Positions 40,077 through 50,318 of a DNA stretch of 64,000 bases are shown piece by piece. Below the pieces are notes generated by a model. It saw nothing but the letters and a program-made list of their open reading frames with translations. It was not told where the DNA came from and made no database searches. Each line of letters opens with the position of its first letter. Positions within the stretch are counted from its first letter, which is position 1. Made by a program: the position numbers and the translations under genes. Source of the DNA: an uncultured Acidobacteriota bacterium (GTDB lineage: Bacteria; Acidobacteriota; JAQAZP01); assembly GCA_963836075.1 (NCBI GenBank), contig CAWIIB010000009.1:2720001-2784000 (forward strand). The letters are read 5' to 3'.

Positions 40077-43000
40077 ATGAGCGAAGCGGAAAAGACGGGC
40101 GACGGTGTCTCTTCGGGCAGCGGCGGCAGCAGCAGCGGCATGAACTGGGGGCTGAAGGATTCGATCATCGCCATCCTGGTGGTGCTGCTGGTGGTGGTGA
40201 GCGCGGTGGCCCTCCGCGGGCAATGGGGGACGGGGCAGGCCGCAGTTGCCACCACGGGTGTGGGAGAGCCGGTGACGGTCTTCGACCTGGTGCTGGACCG
40301 GGAGAACCGTGCATTCCTCGACGTGCTGTTCGACCGCGCCGTGGGCAGCGGCATGGCCGGCCAGGTGCTGGCGGAGCCGCCGGCCTCGTTCTTCCCGGCC
40401 CTGTCCGGAGTGTGGAAGTGGCGGGACACCAACACCCTCCGCTTCGAGCCCTCGGGCGGCTTCCCCATGGCCCGGGAATACCGTCTCACACTTGACCCCG
40501 AGCGCATCCTGGGCGAAGGACAGGTGATGGCCGGTGAGGCCGAGTTCACCGTGCGCACCGACCAGTTCCTGGTGGAGACCGTGGAACTCTTCGAGGAACC
40601 GGCGGCCGGTGGGGAGGGCCGGGTGACCCTGCGGGGCAGCATCGCCTTCAACTACCAGGTGGACCCCGGGGCGCTGGCCCCGCTGATCAGGCTGGAGGAC
40701 CCGGAGGCCGGCGAGGTGGCGGTGCTGCTGGAGACCTCCTGGCAGAACCGGGTGATCTCCTTCCGCACCGACCAGGTGGTGAAAACCCGCAGGGCGCGCT
40801 GGCTAAAGCTGGTGGTCGCCGGGGAGCTGACCCCGGCGGATGGTGATGTGGCCCTGGGCAAGGACTACAACAGGGATTTTCCCCTGGGGTCCCGCGACCT
40901 GCTCACCGTGCGCAGCGTGTCGTCGGAGCCGGGGCTGGAGACGTCCACCATCCAGATCGTTTTCTCGTCACCCATGGACGCCGACACGGCCAGAAAATAC
41001 ATCTCGGTGGACGGAGTGGAGACCTTCCGGCTGGTCGCCGACCGCAACAACCTGCTGCTCGGCGGCGCGTTCAGCCCGGGCGAAAAATATACCCTCTCCA
41101 TCGACGGGGGATTGCCGGCCCGGGACGGCGCGGTGCTGCAGGAGCCCTACAGCGCCGCGGTGCAGCTGAGTGACCTGGAGCCGGCCGTGGCCTTCCAGGG
41201 ACAGGGGATGTTCCTCCCCTCGGGCGGGCCGGGAAACATGGCCCTGGAAACGATAAACGTGGACCGGCTGAATCTCACCGTGGACCGGGTCTACCGCAAC
41301 AATCTTTTCTTCTTCTTCCAGCGCAACGGCCGGGGGTATTTCCGCGGCTACAACAACTACGTGGGCCAGGGCTGGCACGCCGCCGGCGACCGGATCGTGG
41401 AGACGTCCATCCCGGTCAAGTCGCAGCGCAACGCCAGGGTCGTGACCCTGCTGCCGGTGGAGGAACTGGTGGCCGGGGACGAACCCGGTCTCTACCGCGT
41501 ATTCATCGACCAGCCGGACAGCTGGCGGGCCGAGCAGCGCTGGCTGCTGGTCACCGGCATCGGCACGGTGGCCAAACAGGGGCGGGATGACTTCCTGGTC
41601 TGGGCGGTGAACAACCGCACCCTGCGGCCCATCTCCGGCGCACGGGTCACCCTGCTCTCCGACCAGAACCAGACCATCGGCAGCGGGCGGACGGACAGCG
41701 CCGGATTCTGGCGGTTGGGGAAGGGTGCGTCGTTCGACGAGAACCGGCCCTACATGGTGACCATCGAGAACGGCGATGACTTCTCCTTCCTGCTGCTGGA
41801 GCAGATGCAGGTGGATAACGCCGGCCTGGAGGTCAGCGGCTCGGCCGGTGTGGGCGACGGGTACAATGCCTTTATCTACGGCGAACGGGATATTTACCGT
41901 CCCGGCGAGACCCTGCGCGGCGCGACGCTGGTGCGTGACAGGCGCCTGGCCCCGGCGCCCTCCATGCCGGTGCTGCTCAAGCACATCGACCCCGAGGGCC
42001 GCCAGCTGGAAACCCGGCGGCTGACCCTCGACAAAAACGGAGCGGCGGAGATCACCCTCGACCTGCCGCTCCACGCCCGCACCGGGCACCACACCCTGGA
42101 ACTGAAGGCCGGGGAAAAGACCATCGGCAGTTACCCCTTCCAGGTGGAGGAGTTCGTCCCGGACCGCATCAAGGTGGCGATCACAGCGGCTTCCGCCGCT
42201 GCCGGCGGTGAACCGCTGCGGGGCGCCGTGGCCTCGAGCTACCTCTTCGGGCCGCCGGCGGCAGACCTGGGGGTGGAGACGCGGGTCAGGCTGGTCGACG
42301 CTTCGTTCAGCGCTCCCGGATACGAGGGCTTCTCCTTCCGCAACGAGGACCGGAAGTTCGACGACCGGGAGATCTTTTTCGAGGAGGCCGTTCTGGACGG
42401 TGAGGGGCGGCGGACATTCATGGCGGAACTGCCGCCAGAACTGGAGGTACCCTCCTCCCTCGAAGCCATGGTCACCGCCCGGGTGATGGAAGCGGGAGGC
42501 CGCGGCGTCTCGGCGCTCCAGCGGGTGGCGGTGCACCCCTACCCCTACTACGTGGGTCTGCGGCGCCAGGCGGAGGGGTACGCCAAGCCCGGTGAGGAAA
42601 CCGTCTTCGAATACGCCGTGGTGAAGCCCGACGGCAGCGCAGCCGTCGCCGGCCCCCTGCGCCTGGAGTTCTTCCGCGACCGCTGGCACACCGTTCTGCG
42701 GCGCACACCGGCCGGCACCTTCAGCTACCAGTCCACCAGGGAATCGGAACTGCTGGACCACCAGCAGGTGGACGGATCGGTTCGCGGCACCGCGGTATTC
42801 ACGGCGGCCGAGTACGGCAATCACCGGGTAGTGATCACCGACGAGCGGACCGGCGCCTCGGCCGGCATCTCGTTCCACGCCAGCGGCTGGGGCTATGCGC
42901 CGTGGGCCATGGAGAGCCCCGGGCGGGTGGAGCTGGAACTGGACCGCGAGGAATACCGTGCCGGCCAGACCGCCACGGTGGAGGTGCGGGCGCCCTTCCC

Positions 43001-45581
43001 GGGCAAGCTTCTGCTCACCGTGGAAGGTGACCGGGTGCTGGAGACGGTGGTCCGGGAACTGGAAGGGAACACGGCCACCATCGAACTGCCGGTGCGCGAG
43101 AACTGGCGTCCCAATGTCTATGTCACTGCCACCATGGTGCGGCGGGCCGCCGACCTCGAACCGGGCGGCGCCGGCCGGGCGTTCGGCGCGCAGCCGCTCT
43201 TTGTCAACCGCAGCGCCAACCGGCTGGCCATGAAGCTGACCTCGCCGGAGACGGTGCGCTCGTCCAGCCGGCTGGAGGTGGCGCTGGAGACCGAGCCGGG
43301 GGCCACGGTGACCATCGCCGCGGTGGACGAGGGCATCCTGCAGCTCATCGCCCAGCAGACAGCCGATCCCTTCGCTTTCTTCTACCGCAAGCTGGCCCTG
43401 GGGGTGATCAGTTTCGACAACTTCAGCCTGCTGCTGCCCGACCTGGCCGCTGAAGTCTCGGAAGCCGGGGGAGGCGCGGCGGCCGGGCTGGCCCAGCATG
43501 TGCGCACCGAGGGGATTCAGCGGATCAAACCGGTGACCTACTGGTCCGGTCTGATCAGGGCGGACGGCAACGGCATGGCCCGGGCCGTGATCGAGATTCC
43601 CCGGTTTCAGGGCGGGCTGCGGCTGATGGCCGTGGCCGCCGAGGGACGCCGTTTCGGTTCCACCGAGCGGATGGTCCGGGTTCGCGACCCGCTGGTGCTC
43701 ACCCCCACCCTGCCGCGGGTGCTCTCATTCGGCGAGCAACTGAATCTTCCGGTGACCCTGCGCAACGACACCGGGGCGGACGGTGAGTTCACCCTGCGGC
43801 TCGCCGCGGAGGGGATGGCCAGGGCCGGTGCGGAGAGCATGGTTCAGCTGGCGGTGCCCTCGGGCCGCGAACGGATCGCCTGGTTCGACGTCACCACCGG
43901 GACGCTCACCGGCGATGCCCGTTTCGTGATCACCGCCGACGGAAACGGAGAGCAGGCACGGGCGGAGATCGGTGTGCCGGTGCGGCCCGACCTCCCCCCG
44001 GTGAACCGGGAGACCGCCGGGTCGGTGGACCAGGCGGAGCTGGACATCGCCCTGGGGGATGCCGGCGGGCTGCGGCCGAACACGGTGCAGCGAACCCTGC
44101 GGATCGGATCCGTGCCGCTGGTCCAGTTCTCGGGGAAACTATCCGCCCTGCTCCGTTACCCGTATGGCTGCCTGGAGCAGGTGGTCTCCACCGCCTTCCC
44201 GCTGATCTACCTCGGCGACCTGGCCCGGGAGTTGAACCCGGAAGTGCTGGACCCCGAAAAGGGACATGGGGACCCGGCGCTGATGGTCCAGGCGGCCATC
44301 CGCCGGGCGATGCAGAACCAGGTGCCGGGGGGCGGCTTCTCGCTGTGGACCAGCGGCCGTTCGTATCATCCCTGGGTCAGCGTCTACGCCACGCACTTTC
44401 TGGTGGAAGCTTCCCTGGCCGGCCACCCGGTGGACCAGGGGCTGCTCCGCCGGGCCCTGGACCACCTGCAGAACGCGGTGAAGAGCAAGAGCGGCAAGGC
44501 CTACGGCGCGGAAGAACTGCAGCGCGCGGCCTATGCGCTCTACGTTCTGGCGCGGGCCGGGGAGCCCGACCTGGGATCGATGGACTACCTGCGCGAACGG
44601 CAGGCCGGCAAACTGACGGCCGAATCCCGCGGCCTGCTGGCCGCGGCCTATGCCTCCACCGGCAGCCTGGAAGCGGCCCAGGAACTGGAGACGAGGATCG
44701 GCGAGATCGACAGCATCGCCCGGCAGACCGGAAAGAACTTCGATTCCGCGGTGCGCAACCGGGCGATCCTGCTGCTGGCCCTGCTGGATGTGGACCCGAA
44801 GAACCATCGCATACCCCAGTTGGCCGATCGGCTGGCCCGTGATGCCCGCACCGGCGAATGGTGGACCACCCAGGAGACGAGCTTTGCCCTGCTGGCCCTG
44901 GGCCGCCTGTTCAGGCTGCAGTCGGAGCATCCCCCCTGGTCGGGCACGGTGACCATGGCCGGAGAAACCCTGGGCCGGGTGAGCAGCGAGGAGCCGGCCA
45001 GGTTCGATCTCCCCCCGGCCGGAGGGCCGGTACAGGTGGTGATGGACGAGGGGTTCCAGTCCGGGGCTGCGTTCTACAGCCTGGTCACCCGCGGTGTTCC
45101 CGAGGATGATGCGTTCCGGCCTGAAGCGGAGGGCCTGGAGATCGAACGGACCTTCCACGACCGGGCCGGGGCCCGGCTGAATCCGGGCCGCCTGGTGCAG
45201 GGTGACCTGGTGGTGATCAAAACCCGGGTGCGCAGTGTCAGCGGGAAGGTGGAGAACGTGGTGCTGGTCAATTTGCTGCCCTCCTGTCTCGAGGTGGAGA
45301 ACCCGCGGCTGGAGAGCACCGAATCACTGCCCTGGGTGACCGACGTGGGTCGGCCGCCGGACCACCTGGACCTGCGGGACGACCGGATCCTGATCTTCAT
45401 CGATCTGCCGGGCAACGAGTGGCGGACTTACTACACCCTGGCCCGGGCGGTGAGTCCCGGCAGGTTCCGGCTGCCCCCGGTTCACGCCGAGGCGATGTAC
45501 AACCCGGCGCTGCGGGCCACCGGCCCGCGGGGCACCATGGAGACGGCCCGGCGCGGCAAAGCGGCGGCGGCCGGCAACTGA
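40077..45581 (+). CDS. Bacterial alpha-2-macroglobulin (YfhM-like)
   Basis: Thioester YPYGCLEQ, ERDIYRPGET, VEEFVPDR, AAVDEGIL, AEAMY.P; directly upstream of pbpC. Confidence 0.93.
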   Translation: MSEAEKTGDGVSSGSGGSSSGMNWGLKDSIIAILVVLLVVVSAVALRGQWGTGQAAVATTGVGEPVTVFDLVLDRENRAFLDVLFDRAVGSGMAGQVLAEPPASFFPALSGVWKWRDTNTLRFEPSGGFPMAREYRLTLDPERILGEGQVMAGEAEFTVRTDQFLVETVELFEEPAAGGEGRVTLRGSIAFNYQVDPGALAPLIRLEDPEAGEVAVLLETSWQNRVISFRTDQVVKTRRARWLKLVVAGELTPADGDVALGKDYNRDFPLGSRDLLTVRSVSSEPGLETSTIQIVFSSPMDADTARKYISVDGVETFRLVADRNNLLLGGAFSPGEKYTLSIDGGLPARDGAVLQEPYSAAVQLSDLEPAVAFQGQGMFLPSGGPGNMALETINVDRLNLTVDRVYRNNLFFFFQRNGRGYFRGYNNYVGQGWHAAGDRIVETSIPVKSQRNARVVTLLPVEELVAGDEPGLYRVFIDQPDSWRAEQRWLLVTGIGTVAKQGRDDFLVWAVNNRTLRPISGARVTLLSDQNQTIGSGRTDSAGFWRLGKGASFDENRPYMVTIENGDDFSFLLLEQMQVDNAGLEVSGSAGVGDGYNAFIYGERDIYRPGETLRGATLVRDRRLAPAPSMPVLLKHIDPEGRQLETRRLTLDKNGAAEITLDLPLHARTGHHTLELKAGEKTIGSYPFQVEEFVPDRIKVAITAASAAAGGEPLRGAVASSYLFGPPAADLGVETRVRLVDASFSAPGYEGFSFRNEDRKFDDREIFFEEAVLDGEGRRTFMAELPPELEVPSSLEAMVTARVMEAGGRGVSALQRVAVHPYPYYVGLRRQAEGYAKPGEETVFEYAVVKPDGSAAVAGPLRLEFFRDRWHTVLRRTPAGTFSYQSTRESELLDHQQVDGSVRGTAVFTAAEYGNHRVVITDERTGASAGISFHASGWGYAPWAMESPGRVELELDREEYRAGQTATVEVRAPFPGKLLLTVEGDRVLETVVRELEGNTATIELPVRENWRPNVYVTATMVRRAADLEPGGAGRAFGAQPLFVNRSANRLAMKLTSPETVRSSSRLEVALETEPGATVTIAAVDEGILQLIAQQTADPFAFFYRKLALGVISFDNFSLLLPDLAAEVSEAGGGAAAGLAQHVRTEGIQRIKPVTYWSGLIRADGNGMARAVIEIPRFQGGLRLMAVAAEGRRFGSTERMVRVRDPLVLTPTLPRVLSFGEQLNLPVTLRNDTGADGEFTLRLAAEGMARAGAESMVQLAVPSGRERIAWFDVTTGTLTGDARFVITADGNGEQARAEIGVPVRPDLPPVNRETAGSVDQAELDIALGDAGGLRPNTVQRTLRIGSVPLVQFSGKLSALLRYPYGCLEQVVSTAFPLIYLGDLARELNPEVLDPEKGHGDPALMVQAAIRRAMQNQVPGGGFSLWTSGRSYHPWVSVYATHFLVEASLAGHPVDQGLLRRALDHLQNAVKSKSGKAYGAEELQRAAYALYVLARAGEPDLGSMDYLRERQAGKLTAESRGLLAAAYASTGSLEAAQELETRIGEIDSIARQTGKNFDSAVRNRAILLLALLDVDPKNHRIPQLADRLARDARTGEWWTTQETSFALLALGRLFRLQSEHPPWSGTVTMAGETLGRVSSEEPARFDLPPAGGPVQVVMDEGFQSGAAFYSLVTRGVPEDDAFRPEAEGLEIERTFHDRAGARLNPGRLVQGDLVVIKTRVRSVSGKVENVVLVNLLPSCLEVENPRLESTESLPWVTDVGRPPDHLDLRDDRILIFIDLPGNEWRTYYTLARAVSPGRFRLPPVHAEAMYNPALRATGPRGTMETARRGKAAAAGN

Positions 45582-45608
45582 CGGCCCGGACCGTCGCGGC
45601 AGCGGATC

Positions 45609-47975
45609 ATGGGTAAAGCTTCCTCTCTTTGCACCGCACCGCTGCGCCGGCGTTTGCCGGCCGTGGCCGCCGGTATGCTGGCCCTGCTGGGACCGTTGAT
45701 TCTCTTCCTGCTGGCCGACCGGATGTTCCCCTTTCCGGTGGAACGGCTGCAGCGTCCCCCGGCGGTGGTGGTGGAAGACCGGGACGGGGAACCGCTGCGG
45801 TTCTTCCTGCCTCCGGACGACCGGTGGCGGGTCCCGGCCAGCCTGGACCAGCTCCCGGCGCTCTTTGTTGAGGCCGTGGTGGCCAGCGAGGACCGCTGGT
45901 TCCGTTTTCATCCCGGGGTCAATCCGGCGGCGGTGGCCCGGGCCGCCGTGCAGAACCTGCGGGAGGGGCGGGTGGCCTCCGGCGCTTCCACCATACCGAT
46001 GCAGATCGCGCGGATGGTGGACCCCGCCCGGCGGACCCTGGGGGCCAAGCTGCGGGAGAGTGCCCGCGCCCTGCAGCTCAACTGGCACTACTCAAAATCC
46101 GACCAGCTGGAGTTCTATATCAACCTCGCGCCATACGGTGGAAACATCGAGGGTGTGACCGCGGCGTCCTGGCTCTATTTCGGAAAGACCCCGCAACGGC
46201 TCTCGGTGGGTGAGATCGCGCTGCTGGTGGCCCTGCCCCGGGCCCCCAACCGCCTGGACCCCACCCGCCACCCCGAAGCGGCCCGGGACGCCCGGGACGG
46301 TCTGCTGGGGCTGATGGAGGCCCGCGGATTGATCACAACCGCCGAGGCGGCCGAGGCGCGCCGTCAGCCTGTTCCCCGAGGGCGCAGCCCCCTCCCGTTT
46401 GCCGCTCCCCACTTCACCCGTTTTGCCGCTTCACGGTCGGCAGGGCACTCCCGGGTCCGCACCACGCTGCACCGGCCCACCCAGTCCCTGGCCGAGGCCC
46501 AGGTGGCCCGGCGGATCGGCAACCTGCGGGCGGCGGGCATCGGCAACGCGGCGGTGGTGGTGCTGGAGACCGGGACCCGGGAACTGCGGGCCATGGTGGG
46601 GTCGGCCGGTTTCTCGGAGCAGCAGCGCCAGGGACAGGTGAACGGCGCCATGGCCCGGCGATCCCCCGGCTCCACGCTCAAGCCCTTTCTCTATGCCATG
46701 GCCGTGGACCAGGGGCTTGCGGTCCCGGAGTCGTATCTCCTCGACATCCCCACCGACTTCAGCGGCTACGTGGCCCGGAACTATGACGACCGCTACCGCG
46801 GCCGGGTCACGGCCCGGGAGGCCCTGGCCCAGTCCTTGAATGCCGCCGCGGTGCGGCTGCTGGCCCGGGTCGGTCTGGAGCGCTTCCACCGTCTGCTGGT
46901 CCGCGGCGGCGCCGCCTCGCTGGAGCGGCCGGCGCTGTCATACGGTCTGCCGCTGGTGCTGGGGGCGGGGGATATGACATTGCTGGAGCTGACCGGGCTG
47001 TACGCCGCGCTGGCTGGAGGCGGGACCTTTGGCGAAATGCGCTGGGCGGAGAGGGAGGGGCCGGGTGTGGAGAGTGACCGCGACGCGGGACAGCGGCTCA
47101 TCTCCGAAGAAGCGGCCTGGCTGGTGACCTCGATCCTTCTGGATGTCCGCCGCCCCGACCTGCCCGATGCCTGGGCCCTGACCCGCGACGCCCCGGCGGT
47201 GGCCTGGAAGACCGGGACCTCGTACGGCCACCGCGACGCCTGGGCGGTGGGGTTCTCCGGCAGCCATACGGTGGGCGTCTGGGTGGGCAACTTCGACGGC
47301 ACGCCGGTGAACGGCATCTCGGGGAGCGAACACGCGGCCCCGCTGCTCTTCGACATCTTCCGGGCATTGGAGCCGGGGGGGACCGGGCCGCGCGAACCAG
47401 CCGGCCTGGCCCTGGTGCCGGTGACGGTCTGCGCCCTCAGCCGGCAGCTGCCCGGGGCCTTCTGCCCCGAGCGGGTGGAGATCCGCTGCCTGGCCGAGGG
47501 ATCGCGTCTGGGTCGCTGCCGGCACCACCGCCGGATGCTGCTCGATGCCGAGACCGGGTTGCGGCTCACCGGCGACTGCATCGGCGACCGGCCCCACCGC
47601 TGGGAGCTGTTTACCATCTACCCGGCGGAGCTGGTGGCCTGGTGGCGGGCCCGGGGCCAGTCGGTGCCCGCGGTACCGGCCGTCTCGCCCGACTGCGGCG
47701 GTGTGGAAGCGGGGGAGGGGCCGAAGATCGTCTCCCCGGACGGCAGCACCGGTTACCGCCTGCGGCGGGACACTCCGGCGGAGTACCAGCAGGTTCCCCT
47801 GGTGGCCCGGGTCGCCCCCGGCACGAGCCGTCTCTACTGGTACGAGGACGGGCTGCTGGCTGCCGCCGGCCCTCCCGGGGAGCCGCTCTTCATCCAGCTG
47901 CAGCGGGGAGAGCACCGGATGGTGGTCACCGACGATAGCGGGCGCTCGGACGGGGTGACCTACCGGGTGGAGTGA
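45609..47975 (+). CDS. pbpC: Penicillin-binding protein 1C
   Basis: Transglycosylase EDRWF..HPGVN, GASTI.MQ; transpeptidase STLK, SLN, KTG; typical pairing with alpha-2-macroglobulin. Confidence 0.93.
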   Translation: MGKASSLCTAPLRRRLPAVAAGMLALLGPLILFLLADRMFPFPVERLQRPPAVVVEDRDGEPLRFFLPPDDRWRVPASLDQLPALFVEAVVASEDRWFRFHPGVNPAAVARAAVQNLREGRVASGASTIPMQIARMVDPARRTLGAKLRESARALQLNWHYSKSDQLEFYINLAPYGGNIEGVTAASWLYFGKTPQRLSVGEIALLVALPRAPNRLDPTRHPEAARDARDGLLGLMEARGLITTAEAAEARRQPVPRGRSPLPFAAPHFTRFAASRSAGHSRVRTTLHRPTQSLAEAQVARRIGNLRAAGIGNAAVVVLETGTRELRAMVGSAGFSEQQRQGQVNGAMARRSPGSTLKPFLYAMAVDQGLAVPESYLLDIPTDFSGYVARNYDDRYRGRVTAREALAQSLNAAAVRLLARVGLERFHRLLVRGGAASLERPALSYGLPLVLGAGDMTLLELTGLYAALAGGGTFGEMRWAEREGPGVESDRDAGQRLISEEAAWLVTSILLDVRRPDLPDAWALTRDAPAVAWKTGTSYGHRDAWAVGFSGSHTVGVWVGNFDGTPVNGISGSEHAAPLLFDIFRALEPGGTGPREPAGLALVPVTVCALSRQLPGAFCPERVEIRCLAEGSRLGRCRHHRRMLLDAETGLRLTGDCIGDRPHRWELFTIYPAELVAWWRARGQSVPAVPAVSPDCGGVEAGEGPKIVSPDGSTGYRLRRDTPAEYQQVPLVARVAPGTSRLYWYEDGLLAAAGPPGEPLFIQLQRGEHRMVVTDDSGRSDGVTYRVE

Positions 47976-47981
47976 GTGAAA

Positions 47982-48070
47982 AATATGGGGTCCCGCCTGT
48001 TGCATCTTCGCTCCGGTCGCTCCGCTCCAGATGTCGCCTGGAAGCAACAGGCGGGACCTGCCCCCACATT
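47982..48070. repeat. Intergenic inverted repeat (REP-like doublet)
   Basis: GGTCCCGCCTGTTGC (47989-48003) and GCAACAGGCGGGACC (48044-48058) form a perfect 15-bp IR; outer arms AATATGGG and CCCCCACATT. Confidence 0.7.
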
Positions 48071-48208
48071 GTTGAAGTTTTATAGTCGATTTCCCTGAAA
48101 ATAGTCTATAATAATTATCGACAAACTTGAGATATTGAATCAGGCTGGTGGGATGACTGACGGCACTCTGCCGAATGCACCGTTGGAATACACAGAAAGG
48201 ATCAGTTG

Positions 48209-49345
48209 ATGAGCGCAGCGAGCAAAGAGCAGGCACTGCTCACTACTTATGATATGAACGGCCTTCATCTGAAGAACCGCGTGGCCCTGGCGCCGATGAC
48301 CCGGGCCCGTGCCGGAGCCCGGCGTCTGGCCAATCCCCTGATGGCCGAATACTACACCCAGCGGGCCGGCGCCGGCCTGGTGATCACCGAGGCCACGGTG
48401 GTCTCCGAACAGGGTATCGGCTGGGTCGGTTCGCCGGGGATCTACACAGACCAGCAGGGCGAGTCCTGGAAGCAGGTGGTGGATGCGGTGCATGCGAAAG
48501 GCAGCACGATCTTCCTCCAGCTCTGGCACTGCGGCCGGGCGTCGCACAGCGACTTTCACGGCGGTGAGCTGCCGGTGGCCCCCTCGGCGGTGCGGCTGGA
48601 AGGCGATGGCGTCCACACGCCGCAGGGCAAAAAAGACTACGAGACGCCGCGGGCCCTGGAGCTTGACGAACTGCCCGGTATCGTCGCCGATTACGCCGCG
48701 GCCGCGATGCGGGCCAAGGCTGCCGGTTTTGACGGCGTGGAGATCCATGCGGCCAACGGCTACCTTCTGGACCAGTTTCTGCAGTCCCGAACCAACCATC
48801 GCAAGGATGCTTACGGCGGAAGCCCGGAAAACCGTTTTCGCCTGCTGCGGGAAGTGGTGGAGGCGATCAGCAGCATCTTCCCCCCGTCCCGGGTGGCCGT
48901 GCGTCTGTCGCCCAACGGTGTGTTCAACGATATGGGGTCCCCCGACTTCCGGGAGACCTTCAGCTACGCGGCCCGGCAGCTTGACGGCTTCGGTCTGGCC
49001 TACCTGCACGTGATGGACGGCCTGGCCTTCGGCTTCCACAAGCTGGGTGAGCCGATGACCCTGGAGGAGTTCCGCGGCCTGTTCCATGGCCCGCTGATGG
49101 GCAACTGCGGGTACGACCAGCAGAGCGCGGAGGATGCCGTGGCCCGCGGCGCGGCGGACCTGATCGCCATCGGCCGGCCCTACATCAGCAACCCCGACCT
49201 GGTGGAGCGCTTCCGCAACGGCTGGCCCCTGGCCCCGCTGCCGGATATGACAACCTGGTATTCCGGAAGCCAGGCCGGCGAGGGGTATACCGAGTATTCC
49301 ACTTTCAATCCCGCAGCCATGGTCGGGGCAGAGGAGAGATCATGA
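48209..49345 (+). CDS. nemA: Old yellow enzyme / N-ethylmaleimide-type alkene reductase
   Basis: APMTRARA, YYTQRA.AGL.ITEA, QLWHCGR, EIHAANGYLLDQF, GRPYISNPDLVER. Confidence 0.9.
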   Translation: MSAASKEQALLTTYDMNGLHLKNRVALAPMTRARAGARRLANPLMAEYYTQRAGAGLVITEATVVSEQGIGWVGSPGIYTDQQGESWKQVVDAVHAKGSTIFLQLWHCGRASHSDFHGGELPVAPSAVRLEGDGVHTPQGKKDYETPRALELDELPGIVADYAAAAMRAKAAGFDGVEIHAANGYLLDQFLQSRTNHRKDAYGGSPENRFRLLREVVEAISSIFPPSRVAVRLSPNGVFNDMGSPDFRETFSYAARQLDGFGLAYLHVMDGLAFGFHKLGEPMTLEEFRGLFHGPLMGNCGYDQQSAEDAVARGAADLIAIGRPYISNPDLVERFRNGWPLAPLPDMTTWYSGSQAGEGYTEYSTFNPAAMVGAEERS

Positions 49346-50004
49346 GCACGCTGCAGGAACGGCTGGACCGTATCAAGGCCGGGTTCATGAGCCAGCTTCC
49401 CGACGAGGTCAAGGCGGTGATGGCCGGGGCCGAGGAGGAGCTTCGCTCGTCTGACATCATGTCGCGACTTCCGGGACCGGGAAGCCAGCTGGAATCGTTC
49501 AAGCTGGTGGACACCGACGGAAGCACCTGGAACTCCACGGACCTCCTCGCCCAGGGTCCGCTCGTGCTCACCGTGTATCGCGGCGCCTGGTGACCTTACT
49601 GCAACGCGGAGCTGGAAGCTCTGCAGAAGACCTATGGGGATATCAGGGCCGCGGGCGCCGAACTGGTGGCCATTTCGCCGCAGAGCCCGGCTAAGAACGC
49701 CGAGGTGAAGGCGAAGCACAATCTCGGCTTCCCGGTGCTCAGCGACCCGGGCCACGCCTGGGCCAGGCAACTGGGGCTGGTGTTCACCATGCCGCAGCCG
49801 TTGCAAGAGCTATACAAGACGTTCGGGATCCTGATCCCCGAATTCAACGGTGACGACTCCTGGGAGTTGCCCCTGCCTGCCCGCCTGGTGGTGGACGGTT
49901 CCGGGGTGATCCGCAGCATCGACGCCGACGTGGACTACACCCGCCGCCCCGAGGCCGAAGCCAGTGTGGAGGTGCTGAAGACCCTCACCAGAACGGCCGC
50001 GTGA
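49342..50004 (+). CDS. AhpC/TSA peroxiredoxin-like protein, probable selenoprotein (in-frame TGA at 49591-49593)
   Basis: Reading through TGA gives VLTVYRGAW-U-PYCNAELEAL...LVAISPQ...VLSDPG...WELPLPA..DYTRRPE, joining track ORFs 49342..49593 and 49666..50004 in one frame. Confidence 0.88.
49606..49624 (+). promoter_or_regulatory. Candidate bacterial SECIS hairpin
   Basis: GCGGAGC-TGGAA-GCTCTGC: 7-bp stem (one G-U) with a G-containing loop about 20 nt downstream of the UGA. Confidence 0.55.
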
Positions 50005-50165
50005 CGGCGTCCCCGTCCTCGCTCACGGGTTTCGAGATGTGGCGAGGGATCCAACCGCTTCGAGCTTCGGTCCCGGGTTCACGCAGGAATTTCCATAAAC
50101 CCTCGACAGGCGCTCGGAGTGGATGAATCACACGCCACACTTACACCGGGGCCAGTTGGCGAAAT

Positions 50166-50217
50166 AAAAGGGGACCGGCATCCGATTTCCGAAGGAGATC
50201 GGTGCCGGTCCACTTTT
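50166..50217. repeat. Intergenic long hairpin (REP-like doublet or terminator)
   Basis: AAAAGGGGACCGGCATCCGATTTCC-GAA-GGAGATCGGTGCCGGTCCACTTTT. Confidence 0.7.
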
Positions 50218-50318
50218 TTGTGCCGCAGTGATATCCTTGTACACGGTTTCCATCCGTGGCCGGCTCCATCATCAAACGACCGGAGTTCGCCCTGCCGATT
50301 CTGACGGAGGAAGCAGGA

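Noticed and set aside
48071-48140. AT-rich segment upstream of the OYE gene as a NemR-type operator
   Set aside because: It is probably the promoter, but I found no convincing operator palindrome and no adjacent regulator gene.
50005-50165. Intergenic stretch after the selenoprotein gene as a possible small gene or pseudogene
   Set aside because: The minus-strand frames I translated and the track ORFs covering this stretch gave no recognisable protein or convincing RBS/start.
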